Below are positions 29,739 through 40,300 of a stretch of 48,754 nt of DNA, piece after piece (the stretch's first letter is position 1; each line of letters starts with the position of its first letter). Under the pieces are notes generated by a model, which was not told the DNA's origin, made no database searches, and saw only the letters and a program-made list of their open reading frames with translations. The DNA is from Candidatus Nanohalarchaeota archaeon (GTDB lineage: Archaea > EX4484-52 > B79-G9): NCBI GenBank assembly GCA_030634545.1, contig DAOWAN010000003.1, forward strand, positions 1 through 48,754, written 5' to 3'. A program made the position numbers and the translations under genes.

Positions 29739-30910
29739 GGTTTTCTTGCGAGTGAGAGGAGTATGTTTATTGTTAACAGGAGGATGGCGCATAGCATGAA
29801 TGTGTGGGTGAGGGTGTATGCGTCTGTTATGTAGCCTGTGAGGGGGAGTATTATTGCGGCTGCTATGCTTGCTGCAAGTGAGTTTACTGATAGGATGGTT
29901 GCACGGTTGTGGGATGCGATATGGCGGTTTATGTAGTCGTTTATTACAGGGTCGCTGTAGCCCCATGCGAATTGTCCGAGGATTATTGCGATTATGCCGA
30001 GGGCAAGGCTGCCTGTTGAGAGGAGCAGGAGGGCGATTATTGTGAGGGCAGGTATAATTATAAGAGATGATTTTTCTCCGATGATGTTTTCTATGCGGTT
30101 GGCAGAGTATGCGCCGAGGGCTACGAGCAGGTTCACTAATGCAAAGACGGCGCCGATGTAGATTATGCTTAAGCCCGCAGATATGAGGAATGGCTGGTAG
30201 AGCCAGAACATCGCAAATGAGAATGCAGAGTATACTGAGGAGTAGAGTATGAGCCATCTTACGTGTTTGTGGGTTTTTGCGAATATTATGCCTTCTTTTA
30301 TGAGGTGAGTTGTTTCGCGGAGGGTTGCGCTTTTGGTGTGCAGTGGCTCGCGCATGGAGAGTGCCAGCGGGATTGTCAGAGTATAGGGAATTGCTGCTAC
30401 CAGGATTGGGAGGGATGGGGATATTGTGTATAGCCAGCTTCCGATTATGGATGCTGCGGCTGCGCATGTGAAGCCCATGGCGTTTGCGTTGCCTTGTATT
30501 TTCTTGAAGCGGCTTTCTTTTTTTAGTGATTTTAGTGTGTCGTAGAGGATTGCTGTGTCTGCGCCGGAGATGAAGACTGTGCCGAGGGCAAGGATGGCTT
30601 CTGCGATTAGGAAACCTGTGAAGGTGGATGCATAGGCGTATGAGAGGAGACCAATTGCGCCTAGTGCTGAGCCTAAGGCTATTGTTTTTTTCCGGCCTAG
30701 CTGATCTGCTATGGCTCCAGTGGGTATCTCTAGTGCAAACATTAATAGCGAATATATTCCCTGGAGAATCATTATCTGTGTCAGGGTGAGACCTTTGCTT
30801 GTGAGGTATATTATGAATATGGGGACGAAGAAGAAGGCGGCGTATCTTAGGGTCATGAAGACGTAGTATTTCGGGATGTTTTTTTCCAGTTGTTGTGTTG
30901 GTGTTTTCAT
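29735..30910 (-). CDS. MFS transporter
   Basis: EIPTGAIADQLGRK and SGADTAILYD motifs. Confidence 0.92.
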   Translation of the reverse strand: MKTPTQQLEKNIPKYYVFMTLRYAAFFFVPIFIIYLTSKGLTLTQIMILQGIYSLLMFALEIPTGAIADQLGRKKTIALGSALGAIGLLSYAYASTFTGFLIAEAILALGTVFISGADTAILYDTLKSLKKESRFKKIQGNANAMGFTCAAAASIIGSWLYTISPSLPILVAAIPYTLTIPLALSMREPLHTKSATLRETTHLIKEGIIFAKTHKHVRWLILYSSVYSAFSFAMFWLYQPFLISAGLSIIYIGAVFALVNLLVALGAYSANRIENIIGEKSSLIIIPALTIIALLLLSTGSLALGIIAIILGQFAWGYSDPVINDYINRHIASHNRATILSVNSLAASIAAAIILPLTGYITDAYTLTHTFMLCAILLLTINILLSLARKP

Positions 30911-31012
30911 TTTATTGGCACCTTATGATATGTTGTTTAGATAGATATATACAGAGCAATATAATATGATTCATAGGGTTAAATATCTTAAAGACAAGCA
31001 ACAAACCAGAGT

Positions 31013-31170
31013 TATAGTCAAGGCACTAATAAATTGAGTACGGTGCCTTGCCATATCATTAAAATTGCTCTGCAATTTTAGGATCCGGAAAATCAAAGAT
31101 TTTCCAGGATAGACGAAGGCATATTGGTTTTTTTGTGATGTTTGCTCATTTATTTCATGCCTTCACTATA
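31013..31170. repeat. MITE-like hairpin-array element, copy 3 (2 modules)
   Basis: Termini TATAGTCAAGGCAC and ATGCCTTCACTATA form a 12/14 inverted repeat. Confidence 0.8.
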
Positions 31171-31266
31171 GAATGGGAGGCGGTCAGAAGTTCAGGGTTA
31201 ATATGTAAATGCCCTTAAAGATATAAATGAGAATATTGATAGAAAGGAATAGCAGAGGGCGATGGA

Positions 31267-31491
31267 TTATTCTGTGGATTTTTTTGTCTTGCAGTCACCG
31301 AGAAGCTCGTGGAGCTTGTCTGGGAGGTAGCGCACATCAATCTGGTTTTTGAATATTATCATTACGTCTTTCCTGTTGTCTGTCTTGTCCAGGTCTTCTA
31401 TGTCAAAGTCGTCTATGTCGTCGTTTTTTAGTTTGGATTCAAGGACTGAGCGCTTTTCGTCAACCATGATTCCGACACTTGTTACATCCAT
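31267..31491 (-). CDS. Small acidic hypothetical protein
   Basis: 74 aa; AGGTGA SD. Confidence 0.65.
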   Translation of the reverse strand: MDVTSVGIMVDEKRSVLESKLKNDDIDDFDIEDLDKTDNRKDVMIIFKNQIDVRYLPDKLHELLGDCKTKKSTE

Positions 31492-31699
31492 TTTTTTCAC
31501 CTGTGAATTGTATTAAAGTGTTAATTTTTTAAAGATATATGTGTGCGAGCCGGCAATCAAAAAAGTGACCGTTAAATATTTAAATGATGGAGAACATATA
31601 GTGACATTCTGGAAAACTTGGGCTCGGATGGGTGGAAGTCAGAATTTTCTTGTTTCGGGATTTTTCCCAGAGGCAATCTTCCTCCCTCTACCGGGACTT

Positions 31700-32779
31700 T
31701 TACATTTCGAAGCGGTTTAGGCGTTCGATTCCTTTGGTTTTCAGGACGACGGTGTCTTCTATTCTTATGCCGAATCTTCCTTTTACGTAGATTGCGGGTT
31801 CTATTGTGAATACCATGTTTTTTTTCAGGATGAATGATGTGTGTGATGATAGTGTCGGGTATTCATGGACTTCGAGTCCTACGCCGTGACCCAGACCGTG
31901 AAAGTTTGAGTAGTTTGTGTTTTTGTGTCCTTTTTTTTCGAGGAATTCTTTTGCAATCATGTCTATTGAGTTTGAGGTCATGCCGGGCACTATCTCGTCT
32001 TCCAGTTTTCTGTGCAGTTCTATTAGGTCGGTGTGTGCTTTTTCTATTTCAGGGTCGTGACCTAAGATGAATGTCCTTGAGGTGTCGGAGTTGTAGTGGT
32101 TGCTTTTTACGCCCATGTCTATCAGTATGAGTTTTGATGGCTTTCTTGTGGTGGGTGTGCCGTGGATGTAGGATGAGCCTTCGTCGCCTGCGACGAGTAT
32201 CGGGAAGCTCCATTCTTTGCCGCAGCCGACTACCATCTGTTTTATTCGTTCTGCGAGTTGTTTTTCTGATCTGTCTTTTAGCCCTTCTGATTCGAGGTTG
32301 GTTAAGATACGGTCTGAGAGCAGGCATGCGTTTTTTATTTCGGTGATTTCTGCGTCGTCTTTTATTGATCTTATAGCTGAGATCTCTTTGCTTATGTCGA
32401 TTAGCTGGCACTGCGGTAGTTTTTTCTGGAGGGCGGTGTAATAGTTGTAGTCTACTGTGCCGTCTATACCTATTTTCATTTTGTGCGCGTTCATGTCTTT
32501 TAGATAGTCTGAGATTTTCTGGGATTTGATGTCGATTATGGATCTTATGCCTGTGGTGGCTTCTGCTTTTTCTTTTTCAAATGTGAAGAGGGTGTCGTTT
32601 GCTTTTGTCAAGAGAAGGCATGTAGGCCAGAGGTCGTAGAAGCCGGTGAAGTAGTAGATGTTCGGGAGGGTTGTGGTTTCGGGGTAGTTTTGCGCGCAGA
32701 GGAGTATGATGTCGAGGTCTTTTTCGTATAGGAGTTTTCTTAGTTGCTGCATGCGTTTTGAGGGGGGCATAGGTGTCAT
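31700..32779 (-). CDS. Xaa-Pro peptidase (M24 family)
   Basis: DMG..YNSDTSRT, HGLGHGVGLEVHE, TIEP and GIRIED motifs. Confidence 0.92.
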   Translation of the reverse strand: MTPMPPSKRMQQLRKLLYEKDLDIILLCAQNYPETTTLPNIYYFTGFYDLWPTCLLLTKANDTLFTFEKEKAEATTGIRSIIDIKSQKISDYLKDMNAHKMKIGIDGTVDYNYYTALQKKLPQCQLIDISKEISAIRSIKDDAEITEIKNACLLSDRILTNLESEGLKDRSEKQLAERIKQMVVGCGKEWSFPILVAGDEGSSYIHGTPTTRKPSKLILIDMGVKSNHYNSDTSRTFILGHDPEIEKAHTDLIELHRKLEDEIVPGMTSNSIDMIAKEFLEKKGHKNTNYSNFHGLGHGVGLEVHEYPTLSSHTSFILKKNMVFTIEPAIYVKGRFGIRIEDTVVLKTKGIERLNRFEM

Positions 32780-32950
32780 CTTTGTTTTGTAAATTGGGGT
32801 GTTGAATGGGTTTGGTTGGTTTTGGTTGTTTTTAGAAGTCATCATCTCGTGTGTTTTGTATTTGCATGGATTGTGAACGAAATTATTTATAGCTTCGTGT
32901 GAATTATGTGTCTTTTCGTTCAAATCACATAATAAATAAGAAAAAATGAA

Positions 32951-33376
32951 TTATTCTGGATGATTGATTGCTCCAGATTTACTTAGTGATTTATCATGGC
33001 GCAATATATCTTCTGCTTTGAGATGGATTAAGTCTTTTTTCACTTTTTCAATAGTTCCATTTAATTTAGATATTCTTGCCATTGCCTTATCGTCTTTAAA
33101 TTTCAAAATATTTGCATATTCCTTTTTTTTCTTATATCTAAACGTTGTTAGTTGAGTTGTTAATTTGTGTGCTTTAGATTGAAGGATTTTATCTTTTATT
33201 TTAAGTTCTTGGACCCATTTTTCCTTTTCTTTTCCCGTAGTAGTTGCCACTTTCATCTGGAGATACCTTACTCGATTCACTGCAATATCTTTCTTGGTTA
33301 CAGTATTTCTTCTTTTACCATTATAAACGACTCCAGATCCTAAACGATAATTTTCATATGAAATGTCATACCCCAT
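32951..33376 (-). CDS. Basic coiled-coil hypothetical protein
   Basis: 141 aa, Lys-rich; GGTGA SD. Confidence 0.7.
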   Translation of the reverse strand: MGYDISYENYRLGSGVVYNGKRRNTVTKKDIAVNRVRYLQMKVATTTGKEKEKWVQELKIKDKILQSKAHKLTTQLTTFRYKKKKEYANILKFKDDKAMARISKLNGTIEKVKKDLIHLKAEDILRHDKSLSKSGAINHPE

Positions 33377-33465
33377 AAAATCACCAGATATTTTTGTTAT
33401 TATATTGATATCTTACGCAACCAATAAATTTAAAATATCTCAACATAATAATACGTTTGAGATTC

Positions 33466-34974
33466 ATGTTTGAAAAAGACTCCTGTTTTCTGGTTGACCT
33501 CCGTAGATGTAGAGACCTCAAATTTAAAGATTTAGTAGAATTACAAGAGTTTCAACAAAAACTTGATTATTTTAGGATATCAAACCCCAAACACCTCAAT
33601 TTTTCAATAAACAAATTGCCAATAGTTCTCAAAATACATTCTACAACGATGGATAAATTCCACAATAGCACTATTGGTTCAAAAATTACGGTGGATGGCT
33701 ACTTAGAGCCATATTTCCCTAAAAAAATGGAAACAAGAACAATTTTAAAATATCTAGAGACACATGGTTTTCAAGTAAATGAGGGATTTAGAACTTATGC
33801 ATTTTATGCCGTATCTTCAAAGATACCAACAGAGGTCATAATAATTGCCCCCAGAGAATATGAATTTGTTATAAACTCTGAAATGCCACACACACTAAAA
33901 ATCATAAATCTAAAGCGAATAAAATATCAAACAATAGCGTTGCTGCAAGATGTTCCTGAACCGATAACACTAAAAATACCCCCAATTGAGACACCATATC
34001 CCGTATTGACTTTAAAAGAGATAAGAAAGTGTATAACACAAATATCTTCACTAGATTCTCCTGATAAACAAATAATTGATGCGCTAATTGCACCCAATAT
34101 TGGTTCAGATTTTGTTAAAAAACATGTTGAAACCGACGGCATTGGTTCTTCATATGTTCACAATAAAACTGTTGAGCAAGATGTAACTCTGCTTAATAAT
34201 ATGTTAAAAGAATCTAGTTCGGGCTTATCTCTACAAGATTATGGCATCATTAATATTTCAAATAAACATAATTCCCATTTACTTAACATAAAACGAAGAG
34301 ATCCTTTAGTCCTTAAAATGTGTAATGTTTTCTCATGGGATATCCCATCCTCATTAAATAGAAACAATTTACCGCTATCAGAATATAGAATGAATCCAGA
34401 GGGTATTAATATTATAGATACAAAAGACATACAGAATAACACCGCACTCCAATATTCCATTTTACATTATGGTCTACTTAGAAAAGGTCTAGTTAGTACA
34501 ACAACACATGACATGATTTGTAAAAAATTGATAGATAACGTATCTGAGTTAATGCAAGATAAAACAAATAGTATCAACAAAATCATGGACATCAATTCAC
34601 TACCCAAACAAGCAGGCAGAGTAGTTTCTTTTTACAAGAAGTTCAATATCCCAAACGCACTAGATGTAGCATATAAAAGTATAGATGACGGTATTGATTC
34701 AATACTTCAGGATGATGTCTTTTTAATGAACTGTAAAGAGTCACATCAATTATCTACAGAAAATATACCTATAGATATAATGAAAGCTTATCATTCATGC
34801 CCAAAAAAAACAAAGGATAATATTATTGAGCATATTATGGAAAGAACGGGATGGTCTGAAAAACGTGCTGAAAAGGCATTTGACGAATTAGTTGAGAATG
34901 GTACATTTACAGCATATGATAATGTACATTATCGTTTTACCCACGATGCTAATTATGAACTTACAGAAGCATAA
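33466..34974 (+). CDS. Hypothetical protein with C-terminal winged helix, possibly a degenerate MCM-like protein
   Basis: IGSKITVDGYL resembles the start of the MCM OB fold; WH-like C-terminus; no Walker A. Confidence 0.7.
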   Translation: MFEKDSCFLVDLRRCRDLKFKDLVELQEFQQKLDYFRISNPKHLNFSINKLPIVLKIHSTTMDKFHNSTIGSKITVDGYLEPYFPKKMETRTILKYLETHGFQVNEGFRTYAFYAVSSKIPTEVIIIAPREYEFVINSEMPHTLKIINLKRIKYQTIALLQDVPEPITLKIPPIETPYPVLTLKEIRKCITQISSLDSPDKQIIDALIAPNIGSDFVKKHVETDGIGSSYVHNKTVEQDVTLLNNMLKESSSGLSLQDYGIINISNKHNSHLLNIKRRDPLVLKMCNVFSWDIPSSLNRNNLPLSEYRMNPEGINIIDTKDIQNNTALQYSILHYGLLRKGLVSTTTHDMICKKLIDNVSELMQDKTNSINKIMDINSLPKQAGRVVSFYKKFNIPNALDVAYKSIDDGIDSILQDDVFLMNCKESHQLSTENIPIDIMKAYHSCPKKTKDNIIEHIMERTGWSEKRAEKAFDELVENGTFTAYDNVHYRFTHDANYELTEA

Positions 34975-35051
34975 CATATTCATATAAATCTTACAACACA
35001 ATAAAAATAGAGAAACAATAACCATTGAATCAATATTACATAAAGATGAAA

Positions 35052-35261
35052 TTAAAAATCAAACTTAAACCCCAAATCTTTTGCTACATCTTTAAGTTTT
35101 CTCACTTTACCTTCTCTTACTTGCATTTTTCCTTCGATAACTTCTTTTTTCAGTTTAGGATTATAAAGTATTTCTAATGTTGATTTCATAGAATTATATT
35201 CATCAGTAGTTATTGTTATCCATTCAGTTTCATGTCTACCACTAATCATTGCTTCGCTCAT
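35052..35261 (-). CDS. Antitoxin-like protein (similar to the Phd/YefM C-terminal half)
   Basis: DEYNSMKSTLEIL..GKVRKLKDV. Confidence 0.7.
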   Translation of the reverse strand: MSEAMISGRHETEWITITTDEYNSMKSTLEILYNPKLKKEVIEGKMQVREGKVRKLKDVAKDLGFKFDF

Positions 35262-35367
35262 TATTTAATATTAAATCTTAAATTTTATAAAATTAGATTT
35301 ACTTTCTAACCTGAAAATTAAAAACAGTTGGATAAGGGTTATCCATTTTTTATAAAAACCTTCTCCT

Positions 35368-35895
35368 TTAATTGAATTTTAATTTCTTTTTATAATCTTT
35401 AATATCATCTTCATGTCTCAAACATGTGAAATGTGGAATATACACTAGTTTTACATCTTTCAGTTCTTCTTTGATATCTTTTTCAAGATATTTAGAAAAG
35501 AGTTCTTCTGCATTTCTACCCATGAGAAATATCTTTTTTAGCTTTTCTTTTCCTATTTCCCACTTGATAATTTCCAGATACAATATCATTTCTTTTATTA
35601 TTTCTGGATCTGAGTTTTTCTTATATTTGCGGTAGTATTCTTCTGCTTCTTTTGCAGTCATCCTTTTTTTGATGAAATCAGTTAAATGCGCACCAGATAG
35701 ATGTGCTTCTTCTAGATGTTTATAATGTTTGTCAAGCTGTTTTGTTCGTGTCCTGTTTTTGTTTGGACAGAATGATATTATCATTACGTCTCTCCACCCA
35801 TAAAATCCTTTGATGATCTTATCTGTTGGGTACATCCCGTCTTTTTTGTAATCCCCTATTATTTTCTTTTGTTGCATATTTAATTTGTGCATCAT
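35368..35895 (-). CDS. Possible uracil-DNA-glycosylase-fold protein
   Basis: LTDFIK, IFLMGRNAE and YIPHFT motifs; TAATG coupling to the upstream gene. Confidence 0.6.
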   Translation of the reverse strand: MMHKLNMQQKKIIGDYKKDGMYPTDKIIKGFYGWRDVMIISFCPNKNRTRTKQLDKHYKHLEEAHLSGAHLTDFIKKRMTAKEAEEYYRKYKKNSDPEIIKEMILYLEIIKWEIGKEKLKKIFLMGRNAEELFSKYLEKDIKEELKDVKLVYIPHFTCLRHEDDIKDYKKKLKFN

Positions 35896-36590
35896 TATAC
35901 TCTCCTAATATAAGCATGTCTGGGTTCGAACAGTTCACCTTCCCGCTTTAACTTTTTGATTATTTCTTCTGCATCTTCAATACCCTGTTCCTCAGCACAC
36001 ACTTTCACATCTTCTATAAGCACAGACTTATCCTCTCTTTCACCTTGCATTTCTTTAACTAGTTTACAGATGATACGCATTTTATTATTTATGGTTTTAC
36101 CTTCATCGGTATCGTAATCAATTACATCATCATCTAATATTACAAGTTCTAATTTTTCGGCAATTATTGTCGGATTTATCTTTCTTGTGTTCCTTGCGAA
36201 TTCTATATTGATTTTGCCTTCTATATGTACTAGGTTTTCTTCTTTGACAATATCTTTTTTTGAAATAAATTTCTCAGGAATTATAACATCAACATGAATG
36301 GAACGATATAGACTATTACCCCATTCAAGTATTATCCTCTGTGTAACTTCTGTTACGACATTTTTTATCTCAAAACTTGTTTTATTACCACAATCGCAAA
36401 ATGGTTTTTTCAATTTTTCAGATTCTTGTAATTCTGTTAGTTTTTTACCACATTCTTTACACTCAAATGTGACTTCTATTGCATGCTGTTCGATATTATC
36501 AATACGTGTAATCACACCATTTATTCCTACTATATCACCATTATTATGATGAGTAGATAAGAAATCATAATAATTTTCGAAGAACTTCAT
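35895..36590 (-). CDS. MCM-derived protein: OB/Zn-finger fused to the C-terminal winged helix, no AAA+ domain
   Basis: GDIVGINGVITR, FECKECG..CDCG, QRIILE and EEIIKKLKREGELFEPRHAYIRRV. Confidence 0.8.
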   Translation of the reverse strand: MKFFENYYDFLSTHHNNGDIVGINGVITRIDNIEQHAIEVTFECKECGKKLTELQESEKLKKPFCDCGNKTSFEIKNVVTEVTQRIILEWGNSLYRSIHVDVIIPEKFISKKDIVKEENLVHIEGKINIEFARNTRKINPTIIAEKLELVILDDDVIDYDTDEGKTINNKMRIICKLVKEMQGEREDKSVLIEDVKVCAEEQGIEDAEEIIKKLKREGELFEPRHAYIRRV

Positions 36591-36833
36591 GTTATTTCTT
36601 AAAAAAAGAAAATTAATAAACTTATAGTCCAAATTATGCACGCTTTTGCAAAAGATTATTTTTGTAGCGCAAGTGAAAAAAAACAATATTCTCAGCCCAC
36701 ATATTCTAATGAGTCTTTGCAGGTTGATGAAAACAATATTAACAACACATTACTATCAAACTCAGTCAACCTATAAAAAGTGATATTGTTTCTGCGTTAT
36801 ATTTTTATAGTACACCTACCAATAAATCATATT

Positions 36834-37199
36834 ATGACAGCCAATATTGTAGCGCCTAACAAATCAATATTTTCATCAAGACCAGAACCCATGTGGTTTG
36901 TTAAAATTGAAAAGATACTTGCTCACCGAGTAAAAATCAAATTCTTACAGAAAGTGCTTGTCTCTGGGAAAGAAGAAAATGATAAACTAACAATTAACAT
37001 CTTTCCGAAAGAAATAGAGGATAAAACAACTTGCAGTATAAAAGTAACAATCCATCAATATGATAATATTGTAAATAATATTGATGTGAAATATTACATT
37101 GGATACACAATCAAAGGACATTTTATTTTTGTATTATCATTTCCTGAATATTCATCTGACATATTAGAAAGTGATAGAATTGAACTTGTACCGAAATAG
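36834..37199 (+). CDS. Hypothetical protein
   Basis: AT-rich 121-aa ORF. Confidence 0.5.
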   Translation: MTANIVAPNKSIFSSRPEPMWFVKIEKILAHRVKIKFLQKVLVSGKEENDKLTINIFPKEIEDKTTCSIKVTIHQYDNIVNNIDVKYYIGYTIKGHFIFVLSFPEYSSDILESDRIELVPK

Positions 37200-37294
37200 A
37201 GTTGTTCTCAGAATTCTCCATAAATAGATTTTAATTCATCGCACATAATCCCGTTCATCTATTATTCAGATTCATACGTTACATTTATGGCGAG

Positions 37295-37376
37295 AATTTA
37301 TGTTTTTTCTTAGGGTTTTTGTTAGGGCGTCAAGCAGTCTGCGCTCTGTCAATTGGGTCTTTTGGTTGTCTTTGAA
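37295..37376. repeat. 82-bp direct repeat, orphan copy of the 3' end of the radical SAM gene
   Basis: 71/82 identical to 42498-42579 by manual alignment. Confidence 0.9.
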
Positions 37377-37380
37377 TGTG

Positions 37381-40300
37381 TTAGTGTTTTTTGTTTTTCG
37401 GGACATGCTTTTTATATTTTATTGGTTCTGCGCGGTTCTTTTTCATGAAGATTGCCCTTAAAAATATGCCTACAATTATGGCTATCAACACAATCATGAT
37501 GCTGTCTAAACCAGGGGCGTATTTTGATATTGTCGAGGCTGCAAGTCCTGTCGGTCCCATGTCTTCCTGCGCAGTACGGTCTGATGAGGTTAGCACTCTC
37601 TTTTCTTCATCTTCTTTTGTGTCGGGGATGTCATGTGCGGATATGTATTTTGGGGTTTTTGGTTCTATTTCACATGTTTGGGATTCTGCTGATTTGTTTT
37701 CTTCTGTGGCGCAAACATTGCGGTCTGTACAGGTTCGGGTCTGCCTGTTGTTTTCGCATGAGGACCATTCTGTACATGTCCAATCTTCTGTGCAGGCTGC
37801 GCTTTGTATTATTGCTGGAGCGGGGGTCCTGCTGCTTGTGCTGCTGCCGATGTTGTTGTTATCTTCTTCGGGCGGGTCCTCGCCTTGGATGCTTGCGAAT
37901 GAACCGTAATGGCTGAAGTGTGTAACATTTGCCCATACATAGTTGTCTATTACATTTACTCCGGTGTTTTCACATGCTGTCCATTCATTTAGGGTTTCGT
38001 TCAGATAGTACATCTTTAGTGTGTTTTCGTCTATCCCGGCAGCGCTTAGTTCGCTGTCATTGTAGTGCATCTTTATCATTGCCCAGTTCATATTGCCTTC
38101 AAGGTCGTCATTTACTTCTATCTGGATGAATCTATTCCAATCTGTCATTCCTGAAGGGGTTGTGTTACCGGGGTTGTTTAAGTGTTCTATCAGGTTTACT
38201 GAGGCGTTTGTTGAATCTCCTACTTTTATCTGTAAGGTCAGTTCACCTTCAGTTATGTTAATGGAACTGTCTTTTGGTATATTTACGTTTACTAAAGCCA
38301 CGTTGAATTGCTTTGATGCTTCTGCGGTCCAATTTTTACCAGAATAGTCTGTATAATTGTAGAGCAGGGTGAGGATGTAATCACCGGGTTTCAATATATT
38401 TGCTCTCCAGTTTTGAGCAAGATCAATGCTTTCACCACCGGAGATATGAACATTCTCTATCTTTGATATTATCGTTGTATGGTTCTCATATGCTACCTGC
38501 CAGAATACTGTGCCGGTGGTCTGTTTATACAGATACTCTTCAGTGTTCGTCAATTGCGCTTTTGCAATAACTTCTTCTGTCGGGCTATATTCCTGTTTAT
38601 CAATATCAAGTGAGATGTCAACCATAGGCTTTACAAGAGATATCATAAGCGGGATAGTGTCTGACCAGGAACCTTCTAATACCTCATGATTTTCACCACT
38701 ATACCAATCACCTGTCAAATACAGAGTAGCAGAATAGGTTTCTGATGTTGCGTTATCCGGCAGTCTTATACTTAGTGATATGTTTTCTGTATCTGTGAAA
38801 TAATCGGTTGGTCTATTGATTACAGAAATCCAGTCACATTCTGCTTCACTCACTACCCAGATGTTCAGATCAAAAGGATATTCCTCATAATACAGACCTT
38901 CGCCTACCAGCACGATTGTCCATAGTCCTGATTCATAATTCTCTGTCAAATAGAGGTATCCGGAAATATCACTGCCATAAGTATTCATTGATTGTTCAAC
39001 CAATGTTCCATTCCCATCGAAAATATATAATTCGAAAGTATTCAAATAGGCAAGAGAATCCAGATGCGCCTCAAACTTTAGATGTTCATCATTATTCAAT
39101 TGCTCCTGTGTTATGTTGAAATTATAGTAGCGGTATGAATTACTGAACGGTCCTAAGGTATTGTTTTTATCAATATCGGAGGCAGGGACAATGTCCAGAG
39201 GAGTTTCAACCCAGACATTGCTTTCAGTGGAGTTTAGAAGAAAATCTGAATCCAGGAAATTTGTCAGGTTTATGGTCACGTTGGTGGTTTCGTTTGGCTC
39301 TAAAGTAATCCTGGAGCTTTTTAGATTGGCAGTCATGCCAGGATACCAAATCTCACCTGAAAATTGAAGACCTGCATCATCTTCCAGGTATAAGTTCTCT
39401 GACTCAATAACCACTGTCCAATTGCCTTCTAAAGGTTCGCGTAGGTATGAGTTCTCTATACTACCTTCAAGATCTGATGCATCATATTCTTTTCCTGCCG
39501 GGTCATATACGAATAGTCTCAAGTCATTATAACTTCCGGGAGCGTAATCTCTTATCCAAAGAGATATCTTCAGATAAGGTATTTGGGGCAGCACTTCAAA
39601 GGAAAATGCTCTTCTTTCATTTGAACTACAGAAATATCCGTCAAATGATGCTATTCTGTTAGTGTATCCCATAGATGAACCAGAACCTCCAGAGGAAGGC
39701 GGTTGTGCATAATTACCCGTACCACAAATATTACTTCCAAAATACTCATGTGTCGCATATGATTTAAATTCTATTGGTTCTGAAACTATGATCGATGCAG
39801 GAATCATAACATCTTCATCAATTGAATTTAGTTTTATCTTTCCTGCATATAATCCGGATATATCTGCATCAGGTATTATTGTAAGTCCGTTTTCTGAATA
39901 ATTGAACCAGTCCCACGTTTCAGGTTTATATGTTTTCAAAGTGATTGTAACATTTACTTCTCCGGAAACACTATATGGGTAAACATACAGGCGCCAAAGA
40001 CCATCTTTGGGCTTGTAGACAAATATGCTTTCTGAGTCAATTATGCCATAAGACCCGGAATAGTGCATATTCACTGGATCATATAGAGTCATGTCAATAT
40101 CATTGGAACTATTGTTCCAATTTATGGAGATATTAAATGAGTAGGCATCGTCAGGCATATAAAAGGTGTAATTAAATCCGATTGTAGAATTTACTGTATC
40201 GTAATCTGTTATCAGATCTATGATTTGCGTACCATCTTTAATGGCAGATAAAGCAGGATCAGTTAATGTCGTATTTAGAGTGATTGTTGTCTGCCTGCCA

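Noticed and set aside
29169-30467. 432-aa minus-strand ORF, and similar ones at 32049-32411 and 43106-43576
   Set aside because: Overlap well-supported genes; the H/N/P/R-rich composition results from strand skew depleting stop codons.
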